64,000 bases of DNA from Octopus vulgaris (Eukaryota). The translations under genes and the position numbers were made by a program. How positions within the stretch are numbered: the first letter of the stretch is position 1; every line of letters starts with the position of its first letter. Positions 26,501-39,632 of this stretch are shown in pieces. The notes below the pieces were generated by a model. It made no database searches. It saw only the letters and a program-made list of their open reading frames with translations, and was not told where the DNA came from. The stretch spans positions 66,898,001 to 66,962,000 of the forward strand of contig OX597822.1 in the NCBI GenBank assembly GCA_951406725.2, given 5' to 3'.

Positions 26501-26817
26501 TTAACCCTCTTGTAACACCCGGGCCGATTGTTCGGCCCAAGTGATACAAGCTGAAAAGACGTTGACCCCAATCCATCATCCCGATGAAACAAACATTTTG
26601 AAGCGTAAATATCATCCCTATTAAGGAGATTCTTTCAGTACATATAATATAAAACTATATAATAAATGTAGTTTTATATACCAATAGAGTAGTTTTAGGC
26701 CCTTTATCATTTGTTTCTACACACGTACCCATCAATTTCAGTCTCAACAGAAAAAAAGGAAGAGTTTGGTGTTTTTGGTTATACATACCAAAACACCGTA
26801 TGTCTCAAAAGGGTTAA
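26501..26817. mobile_element. piggyBac-like non-autonomous element (MITE) with TTAA target duplication
   Basis: Left TTAA-CCCTCTTGTAACA; right end reverse complement TTAA-CCCTTTTGAGACA; subterminal hairpins GGGCCGA-ttgt-TCGGCCC and GGTGTTTTTGGT..ACCAAAACACC. Confidence 0.7.
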
Positions 26818-27199
26818 ATCGATACTGAGTACTTGACTATGATTTGAACTCAGAACGTAAATAATCACAACTAAATACCGTAAAGCATTTTGTTCTTCGC
26901 TCAAAGATACTGGAAATCCACGAAGTAAAATACATTTTGGGATGTTGCACATGCATTTGTGATATAATGCATAAAAAAAACTACTCATCGCCTTTAGAAT
27001 AATTTCTTCTCCAAACCTATAAATCCATATCCTGGAATCAAATTAAGCAGAAATTCCCAAAGACATAAATAAATAAATCGATTTAAAAATAAATATAAGA
27101 GAGAAAGATCAAAGTGGAAATTCTTGAAATTCTTTATTAAGCTTTGCTAATTTTTCGCTTCTCACCTTTAATTTGATAATGGTTGAAAATTCTTTCATT

Positions 27200-27720
27200 T
27201 CGATCACCCAGCTTTATTACAGGTTCGATCCTCCTTTTCACCTAGACTGCAGGGATTTCTCTTTCATTTTTTTTGTTTGTTTTTTTTTTTGTCGTAGCAC
27301 CGAATTTTGTCAGAAATTAAATTATAAAAGCTTATTTGTAATAGTTGTCACATTCACTGCCTCTGGATCTTCTGTGATTTATGGTGGTGCTATTGCTCCT
27401 TTTAAAGTTTCTAGTGGAGTTCCAACATAAATTAGTGTTCTTTGTTATTTTTTAGTATTGTTTGTATTAAGCGACGTTCAGCTGATGTTGAGACAACGCA
27501 TATGTTCGACGTTTCCAAGATCTTATCTAGATGACGTGTTGCTCCACTAATGCTTCTTCTGTTGCACCTTTTTCTTCAATATACTGTGTTAATGAGTATA
27601 ATTATGATATTCGTGGTCTTATCCATAGGGTTGAGAATAGATATTGTTTTAATCCTCAAGCTGACAATAAATATTCAGATCCCAAACTTTATAATGAGGA
27701 GGACACGGATGAGGCAGGAG
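27200..27720 (+). mobile_element. CR1/Jockey-type reverse transcriptase remnant
   Basis: HLDCRDFS (~DxxYLDFSKAFD), FKVSSGVPT*ISV (~VxSGVPQGSV) and YLDDV (~FADD) in the expected order. Confidence 0.45.
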
Positions 27721-27751
27721 GGATACATGGAATTATCAATATGCTTAATCA

Positions 27752-27784
27752 GATGATGATGACGACGACGACGACGACGATGAC

Positions 27785-27819
<35 letters not shown>

Positions 27820-27964
27820 CGAAGACGATGACGAAGACGACGACGACGACGACGATGATGATGATGACGATGACGATGACGATGATGATGATGATGATGA
27901 TGATCATGATGATGCTGATGATGATGACGATGATGATGATGATGATGACGACGACGACGACGAC

Positions 27965-27996
<32 letters not shown>

Positions 27997-28126
27997 CGAA
28001 GATGATGACGATGAAGACGATGATGATGACGACGACGACGATGATGATGATGATGGAGATAAATGGGAAAATATGAATTCAGGTGATTCCATTGACGGCG
28101 ACGACGACGACGATGATGATGATGAT
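27752..28126. repeat. Long mixed (GAT/GAC)n trinucleotide repeat
   Basis: Directly visible; yields the poly-M/T, poly-H/R and poly-S ORFs. Confidence 0.95.
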
Positions 28127-28464
28127 TGCCATGTTGCGTAAAAGAAGGGAAGACTTTGATACCAACACAGACTTTGATACAAACACATATAAACTCCACA
28201 GGTGTCAAAATAACATCGTGAGTAACACGTTTTAAGTAACTGTAACCTACTGAACCAGTCTATTAACCTTTTTTCAAATATTAAGCTTGCTATGTAAATC
28301 TGTTAAATGCAATCCCATATTGTTTGTGATTTCTGGTCGCTTGAACATTTTTCACTAAAACTTAAACGACCGTAGAAAAAACACGTTGAAACCACCACTT
28401 CCAGTAAGAAATATAATTATAGTTACACTGAAGTTAGTTACAATACAATGACCAAAATAATTAC

Positions 28465-29047
28465 AAGGCGGCGAGCTGGCAGAGACGTTAGCACGCCGAG
28501 CGAAATGCGTAGCCGTATTTCGTTTGCCGTTACGTTCTGAGTTCAAATTCCGCCGAGGAGGACTTTGCCTTTCATCCTTCCGGGGTCGATTAAATAAGTA
28601 TCAGCTACGCACTGGGGTCGATGTAATCGACTTAATCCGTTTGTCTGTCCTTGTTTGTCCTCTCTGTGTTTAGCCCCTTGTGGGAAGTAAAGAAATAGGT
28701 ATTTCGTCTGCCGCTACGTTCTGGGTTCAAATTCCGCCGAGGTCGACTTTGCTTTTATCCTTTCGAAGTCGATTAAATAAGTACCAGTTACACACTGGGG
28801 TAGATATAATCGACTTAATCCGTCTGTCTGTCCTTGTTCGTCTCATCTGTGTTTAGCCCCTTGTGGGTAGTAAAGAAATAGATATTTCGTCTGCCGATAC
28901 TTTCTGAATTCAATTTCCGCCGAGATCGACTTTGCCTTTTATCCTTTCGAGGCCGATAAATTAAGTACCATTTGCATACTGGGGTCGATCTAACTGACTG
29001 ACCCCTTCCCTAAAAATTCAGACCATGTGCCTAAAGTAGAAAAGAAT
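28465..29047 (+). mobile_element. SINE family 2 trimer, tails A-A-B
   Basis: Single head at 28465; units restart at 28698 and 28881 after TAAAGAAATA; flanking AATGACCAA direct repeat. Confidence 0.9.
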
Positions 29048-30599
29048 GACCAATACGGGGATACATATTTTCAATAAAATGATTATAAGCGATTTGAAAA
29101 CTGATATCTGAAAAGCTAACATTAATAATATAACCAAAATGTGATTAATATAATGGTTCATTTAATAGACACAGCATACGTCAAGCAGAGAATATAAACA
29201 CCATACAAAAGGGGAAATTAGCTTACCCTTCAACTAAACATGGAAGTAATACAGTGTACTAAATTATATCTAATTATTTTATTCAGTATAACCATGAACT
29301 GAAAAAATGTGGCTGGCTCGGATTTCTACACTGTTATACATAGACTATAACATTGATTTTTGAACTGCGATATTATAGTCTTACGCTTACCGAGGTATTA
29401 AACCCAATAACCCTGAATATTTATGGCTAGTATTTAGTTATGTGACCTTCTTTCAATAGATTTTCTCCTTGTACAATGTACAATGGTAATATGTCAAAAT
29501 TATAACATTGCGTTTCCCAGAGAGACATTTGAACCCGTTTCATTTTACTGAAAGGTGACTTGTCTGGAGATGGTATTGGTTTATAATCGCAACACAACGT
29601 GACAACAAAATCTGTATTTTAAGCTACACAAAAGCAATAGGCATTTCTATTTACCATAAACAATTACGAAAATGTAGTCTCTTAGTCGTTGATATCTTTC
29701 CCCAAACTTTGTATCGTTTACATGTTGGCAAACTATGATGTCTAACACTAGACCATTTCATGTATTATGCTACATCTGTAGCATAATCTTGCAACAGGAT
29801 CTAAGCGCTCTTAAGCTGTAGGATCTTAATAGAAAATTTGCGGCCTTCCAAAATTAGCAATCCAAATTTTGTGAAGAATTGTATAAACTTAGTATGTCTA
29901 TTGATATGGTTATAGTAAGTTAGCAGCAGATGGACACTGATTGATCTGACTTGATCAAATAATTCAAATCTTGACAATCCTTTCTTTTTTTAATATCTCG
30001 TATTGGTTTTATTAGCGCTGCAGGGTGTGATCTGAAAGTAATTGCACGTTATCTCTAATAAGTTTAACGATCATGGAGAGGTACCCTCGTAAGCCTGAAA
30101 TTACGTAATTGGTATGTTAATTTCTAGTTGATGCTGATTATTCTATATTTAATCATGCTTTCCGGATGCGTTTATATCCGTATTCTTTTCTGGTATACAG
30201 TTTGATGTTTTATGTTATGTATATATATGTATATGGAAGAAGTCAATTCCCTATGGATAAGGTAGGAAGGAAGTTCTCAAGAATGATAGCATTTTCTATT
30301 ACCTGTATTGAGGCCCCATGTTTTGTCACTAACTTGATGCAATTGGATGTATTTCTGTACCATTATATCGTCCCTATCTTGTAGTACACGCTTGATGTAC
30401 AATGTGTACGCAATCTTCAATTCGAAACATGTCCGACATTACTGCTTGGCTTACGAAAGCTACAATCCGGAGTTTAATTATAAGAACCAGGTGTACAAAA
30501 TTCGAAGAAGAAAAAAAAACAAAGCAGCAAGAACAACATAAACAAAGGCAATAAATAACAGCGAGATCCCACATCGTAACATAATGTATTTATCACAAA

Positions 30600-30950
30600 A
30601 TCTTAATCTATAATCAAAGTTTTCCAAACACTCCAGTGGACATATTTGCATGTTGCCTTCAGCTAAACTTTCATTTCCAAATTAAGTCACCATGATACTA
30701 TGATTGAATCTGACTGCTTTAAGTCCCTTAAGAAATTTACTAGATGTCTTTCATTTTGCCTTTCTTTTGCTGACTTGTAAAACAAGGAAAGTAGTAATGG
30801 TTTCCCTTATTCCCTACTGCAATTTTTTGCACTGGTGAAGAAAAAACCCTTCCAGGCCTACACCTTTCACGTGTAAGGTTGTTCTTTATAATCTGTATCC
30901 AGCAATCACCAGGGTGTTATGGCGCCATATAAGTTTAAAACTGTCTGTCC
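30600..30950 (-). mobile_element. Possible LINE APE endonuclease remnant
   Basis: VIAGYRL*R..KGVG (~IxGYxxxRxDR..GGGV) and a later GDL word. Confidence 0.3.
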
Positions 30951-31064
30951 TGCACCATAGTGATTTTATTTAAATATCTTTTCCTATTTTATTCTTACTA
31001 TTATATACATATATATTATACAAAAAATACCTCATAGATATATATATACAGATATATACATACC

Positions 31065-31131
<67 letters not shown>

Positions 31132-31473
31132 ATATATATAAATACATACGTGTGAATATATATATATATATATATATATATACGCGCGTGTGCGGGTGTA
31201 TAAATGTGTGGGTGTTCGTATGCGGGTATGTATTTGTGTACTCGTTCTCACGTGCAGATTTACTTATGTTTATTCATTTATGTAGGCGTGTAGGCGTGCA
31301 TGACATGTAACTGTTTGCTGTTCTAAGAGAACGTAAAAAACGAAGGGAAAAGTAAGAGAAATTAATTATAGAAATAATTAATTACAGGAAATGATATCCC
31401 AAGTTACAGAGCTGAACATGGTTTCATTTAGATATATTATAAAGTAACAAGTAAGCAATGTATGTCACTATCC

Positions 31474-31536
<63 letters not shown>

Positions 31537-31607
31537 CGTGTGTATACATACCTACACATACATATATATATATATGTGCGTGTGTGTGTGTGTGTGTATA
31601 CATACCT

Positions 31608-31649
<42 letters not shown>

Positions 31650-32619
31650 TACTTTTATAAAATATATTTATTTATACTGATATATACATTTGATATATAC
31701 ATGTATATCATGCTTACAAACACAGACATACTTTCTTACGTTTATATAAAATTCCATGAAAATCTCCGTTTACTGTTCTCATAAACGTTCGTCATCGACA
31801 TATCCCCGAAAACCATCATCATAGAGCAGTATAGTAATTTATATGAAATGCTATAAGAATTTGGCAGTGGTATAACAAACGGACGAGGAAAACAGAAGGG
31901 ACGCATCGAGAATAATTGGACGCTTTCTGCTACACACTCTTGTATATTGATGGATGCACTGGTTGACTATAGACACTCCACCGGAATAAGTCAAATGAGT
32001 GAACTGCATATTGATAGTATAAAAAAGCCAAAACTACAAGAGCCTGTTACATGTGAATAGTCATATGAATCCCATGTAGTAATGAGACAAATCATGCAGA
32101 GACTGAACAAGTAATTGAATGCTAAAACTTTTACAAATAACGAAGATATATCTGCTCGAAAGACGATTAGTAAGATTACATATTTATTCCTAATCTCCTG
32201 GCTGAATTTCAATTCCTGCCTGGCTTTGGAAGCACGCATTTTCAGCTAATATTTTCTATTGTATTTCTTTTGAATGATCATAAAGTACAACTGAACCGTT
32301 CATCAAGAGAAACTGCTAAACGCCCACACGTACAACCGTACAGACTTCGTAAAAGGAAAGGTAATTGCAGCATCTTGGCATCCGTATATTGGCATTGATT
32401 TTGCTGCAAAAAATGCGATGTTTCTCATGATAAATGTGAAGTGTACATCTGTGGATGTCTTTGTGTGGGTACATATGTTGGCATGTGTAATATGTGTACA
32501 GGAATGCGTGTGGTTATCTGGTCTTGTGTGTTTTATGCGTTTGTGTGTGTGTGCGTGTGTGTATCTGAGCTTGCTTATGTGCGCTTTTATGTGCAAGTGC
32601 ACGACCGCCACCATGCGTC

Positions 32620-32812
32620 GATGTGTGTGGTTCTGTACTAAAATAGTTCGTAAGAATGGATTTCCTTGTATCCTACTATCAAGATGGAAAAAAAGAAGGG
32701 TGTGTGATGTTTCGAGTATGGCTCTTGTTCTGAAAGAGGAAAGGTTTAGAGGGAAGGAAAATATATTACTAAAATAGCACGGGCGTCATTACGTGGTTAA
32801 GGTGTCCAGATG
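32620..32812 (-). mobile_element. Penelope-like terminal fragment with decayed hammerhead frame
   Basis: Minus strand ..CAGAACA-A-GAGC-CAT-ACTC-GAAAC-ATC; same layout as the 62516 motif but core eroded. Confidence 0.35.
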
Positions 32813-32879
32813 TCACACACGCACACATATATATATATGTATGCAGGTATGTACGTATGTATGTATGTATGTATATATT

Positions 32880-33083
32880 TGTGTGTCTGTTTGTCCCCCC
32901 AACATCATTTGACAACTGATGCTGGTGTGTTTGCGTCCCCGTAACTTAGCGGTTCGGCAAATGGGACCGATAGAATAAGTACTAGGCTTCCAAAGAATAA
33001 GTCCTGTGGTCGATTTGCCCGACTATAGGCGGTGTTCCAGCATGGCCAAAGTCAAATGGCTGAAACAAGTAAAAGAGTAAAAG
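32880..33083 (+). mobile_element. SINE family 1, 3' half
   Basis: CCGATAGAATAAGTACTAGGCTTCCAAAGAATAAGTCCTG...AAGTAAAAGAGTAAAAG. Confidence 0.85.
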
Positions 33084-33259
33084 TGTATGTATGCATGTAT
33101 GTATGTATGTATGATGGAAGTATCTCGTAGTCCCTGATAGGCGGTTCTGCATTTTCTTGCTGAAGGGTCTGTATTTGGTTATAATAATGAAATACATGCT
33201 TTGTACACGAGCACACACCCGCCATCAAATCGATGCTGTCTGAAGACTTGCACGGTGTG

Positions 33260-33400
33260 TCACACAACAGCTGTCGAGGTGATCGCAGGACAATGTAACT
33301 GAAGTGATTTCCCCAAAAACACAATGCACCTATCCTTGCAGAAATTGAATCCACTATCCCGCTATTGTGAGTGCAACGCCCTAACCACTACGACATACGT
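33260..33400 (-). mobile_element. SINE family 3, diverged 5' part
   Basis: CCCTAACCACTACG (reverse of box A) and AAAAACACAATGCAC. Confidence 0.5.
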
Positions 33401-34071
33401 ATATATGCGCATATGTATACAAAGTGAGATAGCGTGGGCTGTTGAATTAAAGCAAAAGATAAAACACTTAATGCAATACCCGGAATTTGGAGCACATACG
33501 CTTCTTATTCTGTGACATTTGCAACAAGAAAATCATTACTAACTACTCTACTTAAAATATCATATAGCATAACGATTGACAAGAAGTTACTCTGAACTGA
33601 AAACACCGCTCTCAAAGCCCCATGCATCTCCTATCATGTAATCATCTCTAGAGCATTGCTTAATTTTCTTTCGAACTCCAAATGACGGCTTACAAGCCCT
33701 CTTCAAAAGTGGATTGGACATATTTAATATACGTATTTTCACCGCCATTGATCTTAATATCAAAAGTGCGACTTGGAATGACCAATAGAAATGTAGTTCT
33801 ATTGAAGTCCTGTTACCTCAACATTGAAAAGTAGCCATCTGCAAATTCCTTCAAGTCAAAATTTACCAAACTATATCGTAATCGTTCCTTTTGGAAGTTC
33901 TACATGTGATAAATCTTCGGGACTATAATAAAGATAAACAATATGTACTAGAATTTCGCTGTTTATTCGTGACAATTTCATCTGTATGAAATAGGTGGGA
34001 CAACCTATTGCTCAAGGTCTTCCCTAAATTATATACCAGTGCAAATTCAATCGATCTCGTATCATATTTTA

Positions 34072-34104
<33 letters not shown>

Positions 34105-34145
34105 TGTCTTTCTCTTTCTCTTTCTTTCTTTTTCTCTCTCTCTCA

Positions 34146-34189
<44 letters not shown>

Positions 34190-34192
<3 letters not shown>

Positions 34193-34960
34193 CGGAAGGG
34201 AACCTATTCATTTTCTTAGTGACATACAAAGTCAATGGCCACGTAGTCTCGCAGAATATAAGCGGTTACACAATGAACAGGTTTCGAAAGAAATATTAGA
34301 TCTATTCAAAGGGCTCCTCTTCCATATAAGTATTTCCCCTAACTTAATCATAGTCCATTTCTTAGATATTACGTTAGACCTTAACGTAAATACGTAACAG
34401 TAGTAAAGGAATCAAACGAAGGCATGATATGTAATGTTATTACATACAGTCGTGATCATATCTGATAATAATGAATTTAGTAACAAGTTTATCTCCAACT
34501 CCACCCCTTATAACAAGATTTCTGACAAATTACACAACCCCTCTAATATACTGACTCTTTAGCGAAGTGTGTCTCCATGGAAAACATAGTTAATGGGTGA
34601 AACCCTGACTCACACCGGATTCAAAGAGAATCAGGAACTGGAAAATATTGTATAATAATTCCAAATATATACTCACATAATTAAAGCACTGCTGCAAGTA
34701 TAGCTATGAAATTTTGTTTTACAAGATAGATACTTTCTAATTACACATGAATATCAGAGGCCCTTCAATGTGCATAATTTACGCTACAACAATCACTCAC
34801 TGCAATTCAAATCATATATCTCGGCACAATAGTAGAATTTTGCTAAAATCGAACCATTTCCGGACTAAGCCTGTTCTGCTTTCCGAAAGACGATGTGCAA
34901 TGACTTACAATCACTCCATCACATAACATACAGGTAGATTACAAAGAAATTACTACCTCT
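34190..34960 (+). mobile_element. Penelope-like RT plus GIY-YIG remnant
   Basis: KEILDLFKGLLFHISISPNLIIVHFLDITLDLN (~KxIxxFKxxGLxITIxxNxxxVNFLDVTxNL), later ENIVY and RYNNH endonuclease words. Confidence 0.7.
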
Positions 34961-37324
34961 GTCTCTAACATGTTATATAACTCATTTCTGAATTCTTTTA
35001 GCCCCAGAGACAGAATAATCTACAAGTGCTAATAGTGTTTTATTTCGAAACTTTCAACGGATTATATAACTTTATACCTTGAAGTAAACCGTGGTGTACT
35101 TCAAAAAAATCGGTGGTCAATTTCAATTGCAGGCAAAAGGGTACAAAAGGGCCAATAAAGACACACCTTTCCCATTGAAGCAACTACTTTTGCATGCAGA
35201 GATACTGCAAAAGCTAATTAATGGCTGATAATACACGCTAAAATTGCCGGAAACGTCAGCAAAATACTTCGCGTATCCCGCTTCACTGTTATAGAAATAG
35301 ATCCTTTTTTGTGTTTTGTTTGTTGTTTGTCTTTCTCGCCATTACATTTTCAATGTGACAATGGTCAATGGAGGGCATTTAATCTGCAAGAAAAAAAAAT
35401 CGATTTTGATGTGCAATCCGGCCAAATACGGAATAATTTATTGCGCAATATGATCATACATTAGTGCCGTACGCTATATCTTTAACTGGAAATCGCTCAA
35501 GTCTCTCTCTTCATCTTACTAAGTGGTTTTGTATTTTGATCTTGGCAGCTATATTGATTCAGTGATCTTAATTTCTTTCTTGACGATTAAAGAATTATTG
35601 ACCTGATGGAATATGCGTGCATATATGCTAGCTATGATGCTCATAACACAAAGCATCTTGTGGGCTTCCTTACAATCTAAACAACCACCCGGTTCAGCTG
35701 CAATATTATAAAAGTATCATGCAGGTGAGAATCAATAGAAATGAAAACGTGCAACTCACAGCTTAAACGCTGTTTTAAATTGATGAAACAAAAAGTGTTC
35801 TACTTAAAATTTCAGCTGCGTTAATTCTGATTTAAATATCAATACCCTGAATTTTGATGCTCCCTTCTCATGTTACGAAAGAGAATGTTATCTCCTTTTG
35901 AAGCTTATTATTGACTGTTGATTGAAATATGGATTGTACCTAAGATGGTGGTTGAGTACGTACGTGTCAGTTTAATTCGTTTGCCACATTCAGTTTCCAT
36001 ATTTTTTCTGCAAGAATATAGTTTGAATTATTTCAAGACATTACAGATCTTGACGAATTATAATACATCCTTACGCTTACAAGGAAATGGTGAGTTAAAT
36101 ATTTGAGTCAGTCACTATACTTTTCAATCTATCTTTAAGTAAATCGGAATGAATACCGTGAGATATTGCGTACAACACCCTAACCACTCTGCCAACTCAC
36201 CCCCTTAAAACAGAAAACTAAGATGTATCCTACAAATAATAATACCTCTTCTGAAAAATCTTTAACCCCCGCTGCTAGGAAACATAGATTTATTCTCTTT
36301 TGAAAAACTTAGAGATTAACATAGCTGACAAAAGCAAAGCTATGCAAATCAAAGCAATATATAAAATATACCTATATTTGGGTGTGAAGGAATTCCGAAT
36401 CATATCTGATTGAAGACCGCCAGCTGTTACAACTATGTATATTTGCTAAACTTTCGACCCTGAAATATTACATAGAATAGTAAATGATTTAGTTACACTT
36501 CTCATTCTTCCACTTGAGACGCCACAGGAAACAGTATAGACCAATATATTTTATGACAGACATTAAGTTGTTAATGTCCAACGGCAAATATAATATATTA
36601 ATAACTTTAAGTATCATGTGTTGATTGTTTTCATACACATATATTCGCTTATTCAGTTTAACTATATCCACTGAGTACGAACAACCAGATGTGACGGTAA
36701 GCATTCCTACAGCAGTGTCGGCGACACAAGATCGATTTCCATTTAAGCCCACTCCATTTTAAAATTCGTAATTCATAAACTACTTTCATTCAAGACATAA
36801 TGTTTTCGGTAAGGGCCACCCCTTCTAATAAAATACGAGCCATTTATGAAAATGGAACTTGCTGTTGTTAACGGGTAACTAAGCTTCAAACAATGGTATT
36901 CAACGTAAATGGATACAAAGTTAGTAAAATGCTAATTAACTTCAAGTGCTAATGGCTAATAAACAAAGTGAGAATATATTCATGTGTGTGCGTCTCCTAT
37001 TATGGAAAGGAGTGTAACACACATACTCTCAAGTCCTCTAATCTATATCACTAATTAGTATTATTTTGCTGCAATTCAACAAGACGTATTGCTATAGGCA
37101 ATGATCTAGTTTGGAGAAAGAGCAGTTCATAAGTTATGTCTAAGAAATAAATTTACAAAATCAGGGACATAATGATATTATGCAAACAAAAATTCTGCTT
37201 CTGGAGAGAGTGCAGTGTTATACAAGCCAATAAAAGAATCGAAACGTGGTCAGTCGTCATACTAGAAATAGCAACAAATTATCCCCGAATCACACTCGAT
37301 TGTCTAATATAAAAAGACATATTA

Positions 37325-37550
37325 AAGCGGTGAGCTGGCAGAATTGTTAGCCTCCTGTTGCGGAATGCTTAGTTGCATTTCGTCCATCTTTGCGTTCTGA
37401 ATTCAAAGTCCGACGAGGTCACCTTTTGCTTTCATTTGGGGGTTTGTATGTAACGATGAAATACACACCAGTTGAAGATTGGGGTCGATGTAATCGAATT
37501 TCACCCTCCCCCAGAATTGCTGGACTTGTGCCAAAAGTTGAAACCAATAC
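37325..37550 (+). mobile_element. SINE family 2, old single copy (tail C)
   Basis: AAGCGGTGAGCTGGCAGAATTGTTAG ... GGGGTCGATGTAATCGA ... CTTGTGCCAAAAGTTGAAAC. Confidence 0.8.
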
Positions 37551-37861
37551 GAAAAGCACATTACATAACGAAGTCCCAAAGTATCAACACCGCTTGATGC
37601 CCCAAAATGGAATGGTTTGAACATAAGCTTGATTCGTGTCGACTGGTAGAGTGCTAAAAAGAACAGCAAATTTTACAAATATAACTATTACCAATAACTG
37701 ATAGCAGTGAGAGTAAATATCACACATACATACATACATACATACATATATACATACATACATACACATATATATATATACATACACATATATGCAAATA
37801 TGTATATACGTTTGTGTGTGTATATATACATATATATATATATACACTCATACACATATAT

Positions 37862-37908
<47 letters not shown>

Positions 37909-38106
37909 CATTATAAGGAAAATAAGACAAAGTAGAAAATGCTAAAATAATTTTATCATGAAGAACATTTTAGTGCCGGTTTCAGTATTTCCGACGATCG
38001 CAAAGACTGAAAACGTTAATAAAATGTTTTCTATGATAAAATTATTTTACCACTTCCTACCTTGATTTACTACATATCAACTCGTGCATTCCTCTTCAAA
38101 CTTCTA

Positions 38107-38191
<85 letters not shown>

Positions 38192-38879
38192 TCGAACTGC
38201 AGAAATTTGTTTCATGCCTGTACATTCTGAGTTCTCATCAACTGAATGTATCGTTGATTTTGTTGTTTTTATCATTCTGGGGCTGATAACATAAAGGTGG
38301 TCTCTTAATTAATTGAGATTTATAATATTGAGAAACACACTTCTACAAAATGTATAGCATTGCACTGGAAGGCAAAACAAAAACGCTGCAGATCACCGGA
38401 TGAGACAACTTGAAGTATTTTTTGTGATCCCTTATATGTTTTTGATTAAACCTGGGTGTTGTTCAACATCAGAATTCATGCGTACCGTCCTCATATATTT
38501 AGAAAAAAAAATATGCATTTTGAGTACTTTCAACCAACAACTTCTATTATGTATTTGAGCCTTCTTGTCAATTTAAGCAACGACAATTAGCTTTTATAAT
38601 TAGATTACTTGACAACAAAGGAAATCATATGAAGATGAGTAGGCTATTGTTTGCTGTTGTTGAGAAATGGGTGATAGTTTCTTTCTAGGTCCTTAAGGCC
38701 AGTAATGGGAACAAAAGTAGTTAAAGAGGGAGGTATGAAGTGTTCTCAAATGAGGAAATGAATATGTCATTGACATCTCACTGACCCATCTTTGTATCAG
38801 CTAGAAGCTCTGATGTCATAAACCCTAAAGGATTTCATTTTTCACGGATTTAAGTCTTGAAAATTAGTACTTGAAATCA

Positions 38880-39216
38880 AGAATAATTAAAATTTCGATG
38901 GATGATTTTATAATTCACCCGCCTATTGGATAAAGAATTATGCGATCGTCTTATGAGACAGAAACGTAGCCAGTGCAATATATTAAAGGAACGAAATTTT
39001 TACCTGGTAAAAATAAGGCCGTGTAAAGAAGTAAAGAATCAGTTTTGATTGATTAAATACACGGTGAACATTCTGCATATAAATTTGCAAGGCTCATCCA
39101 CTGATAGTAGAGATACTGCTTCAGTACCCTAAGTTTGATCTGCATATACTGTTCCTTTTAGCATGTAATGTGTCTTGTTAGGGTCACCTCTTTTGTGTAT
39201 GAATGTACACTAATTA
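38880..39216 (+). mobile_element. Unclassified (possibly Penelope-like) repeat end; terminal ~35 bp shared with 42964-43000
   Basis: GGTCACCTCTTTTGTGTATGAATGTACA(C/T)TAATT occurs at both loci; ends in (TA)n. Confidence 0.4.
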
Positions 39217-39236
39217 TATATATATATATATATATA

Positions 39237-39399
39237 TATTTGCGAAGAGAGATCATTGTTCCCATCTCTAGCCTTACGGGATACACACTGACACAGCTTT
39301 CTGGGTAGTAAACCGTCATCAGTGTTACTATTCAGAAACGCGGGTCGATGTCTATCACGTAAGGCTAGAGATGGGAACGATGATTTCCTTTCGCAAATA
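39237..39399. repeat. 163-nt near-perfect inverted repeat (foldback/MITE or hairpin RNA)
   Basis: TATTTGCGAAGAGAGATCATTGTTCCCATCTCTAGCCTTACG pairs with CGTAAGGCTAGAGATGGGAACGATGATTTCCTTTCGCAAATA; inner stem TTTCTGGGTAGTAA/TTACTATTCAGAAA. Confidence 0.9.
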
Positions 39400-39584
39400 C
39401 TAATCGGATGTAGTGTGTCGTTAGCCAGCTGGTGGATATGTTTTCCTAGCGCTATAAAAAACAGTAGCGTCGTCCCATATAGGTCAGCCACATTTAGATG
39501 CTAAATATACTTGACAATATCGTACTGCTACTGTTTACATCTATATAAAAACTGAAGAGATGTTCTGTAAAATCGTAGCAGTCT

Positions 39585-39632
<48 letters not shown>

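Noticed and set aside
27531-28208. Poly-Met/Thr and poly-His/Arg proteins
   Set aside because: Alternative frames of the GAT/GAC repeat
35560-35700. Minus-strand open stretch EPGGCLDCKEAHKMLCVMSII.. after a TTGCAG acceptor
   Set aside because: No recognisable homology or linked exons
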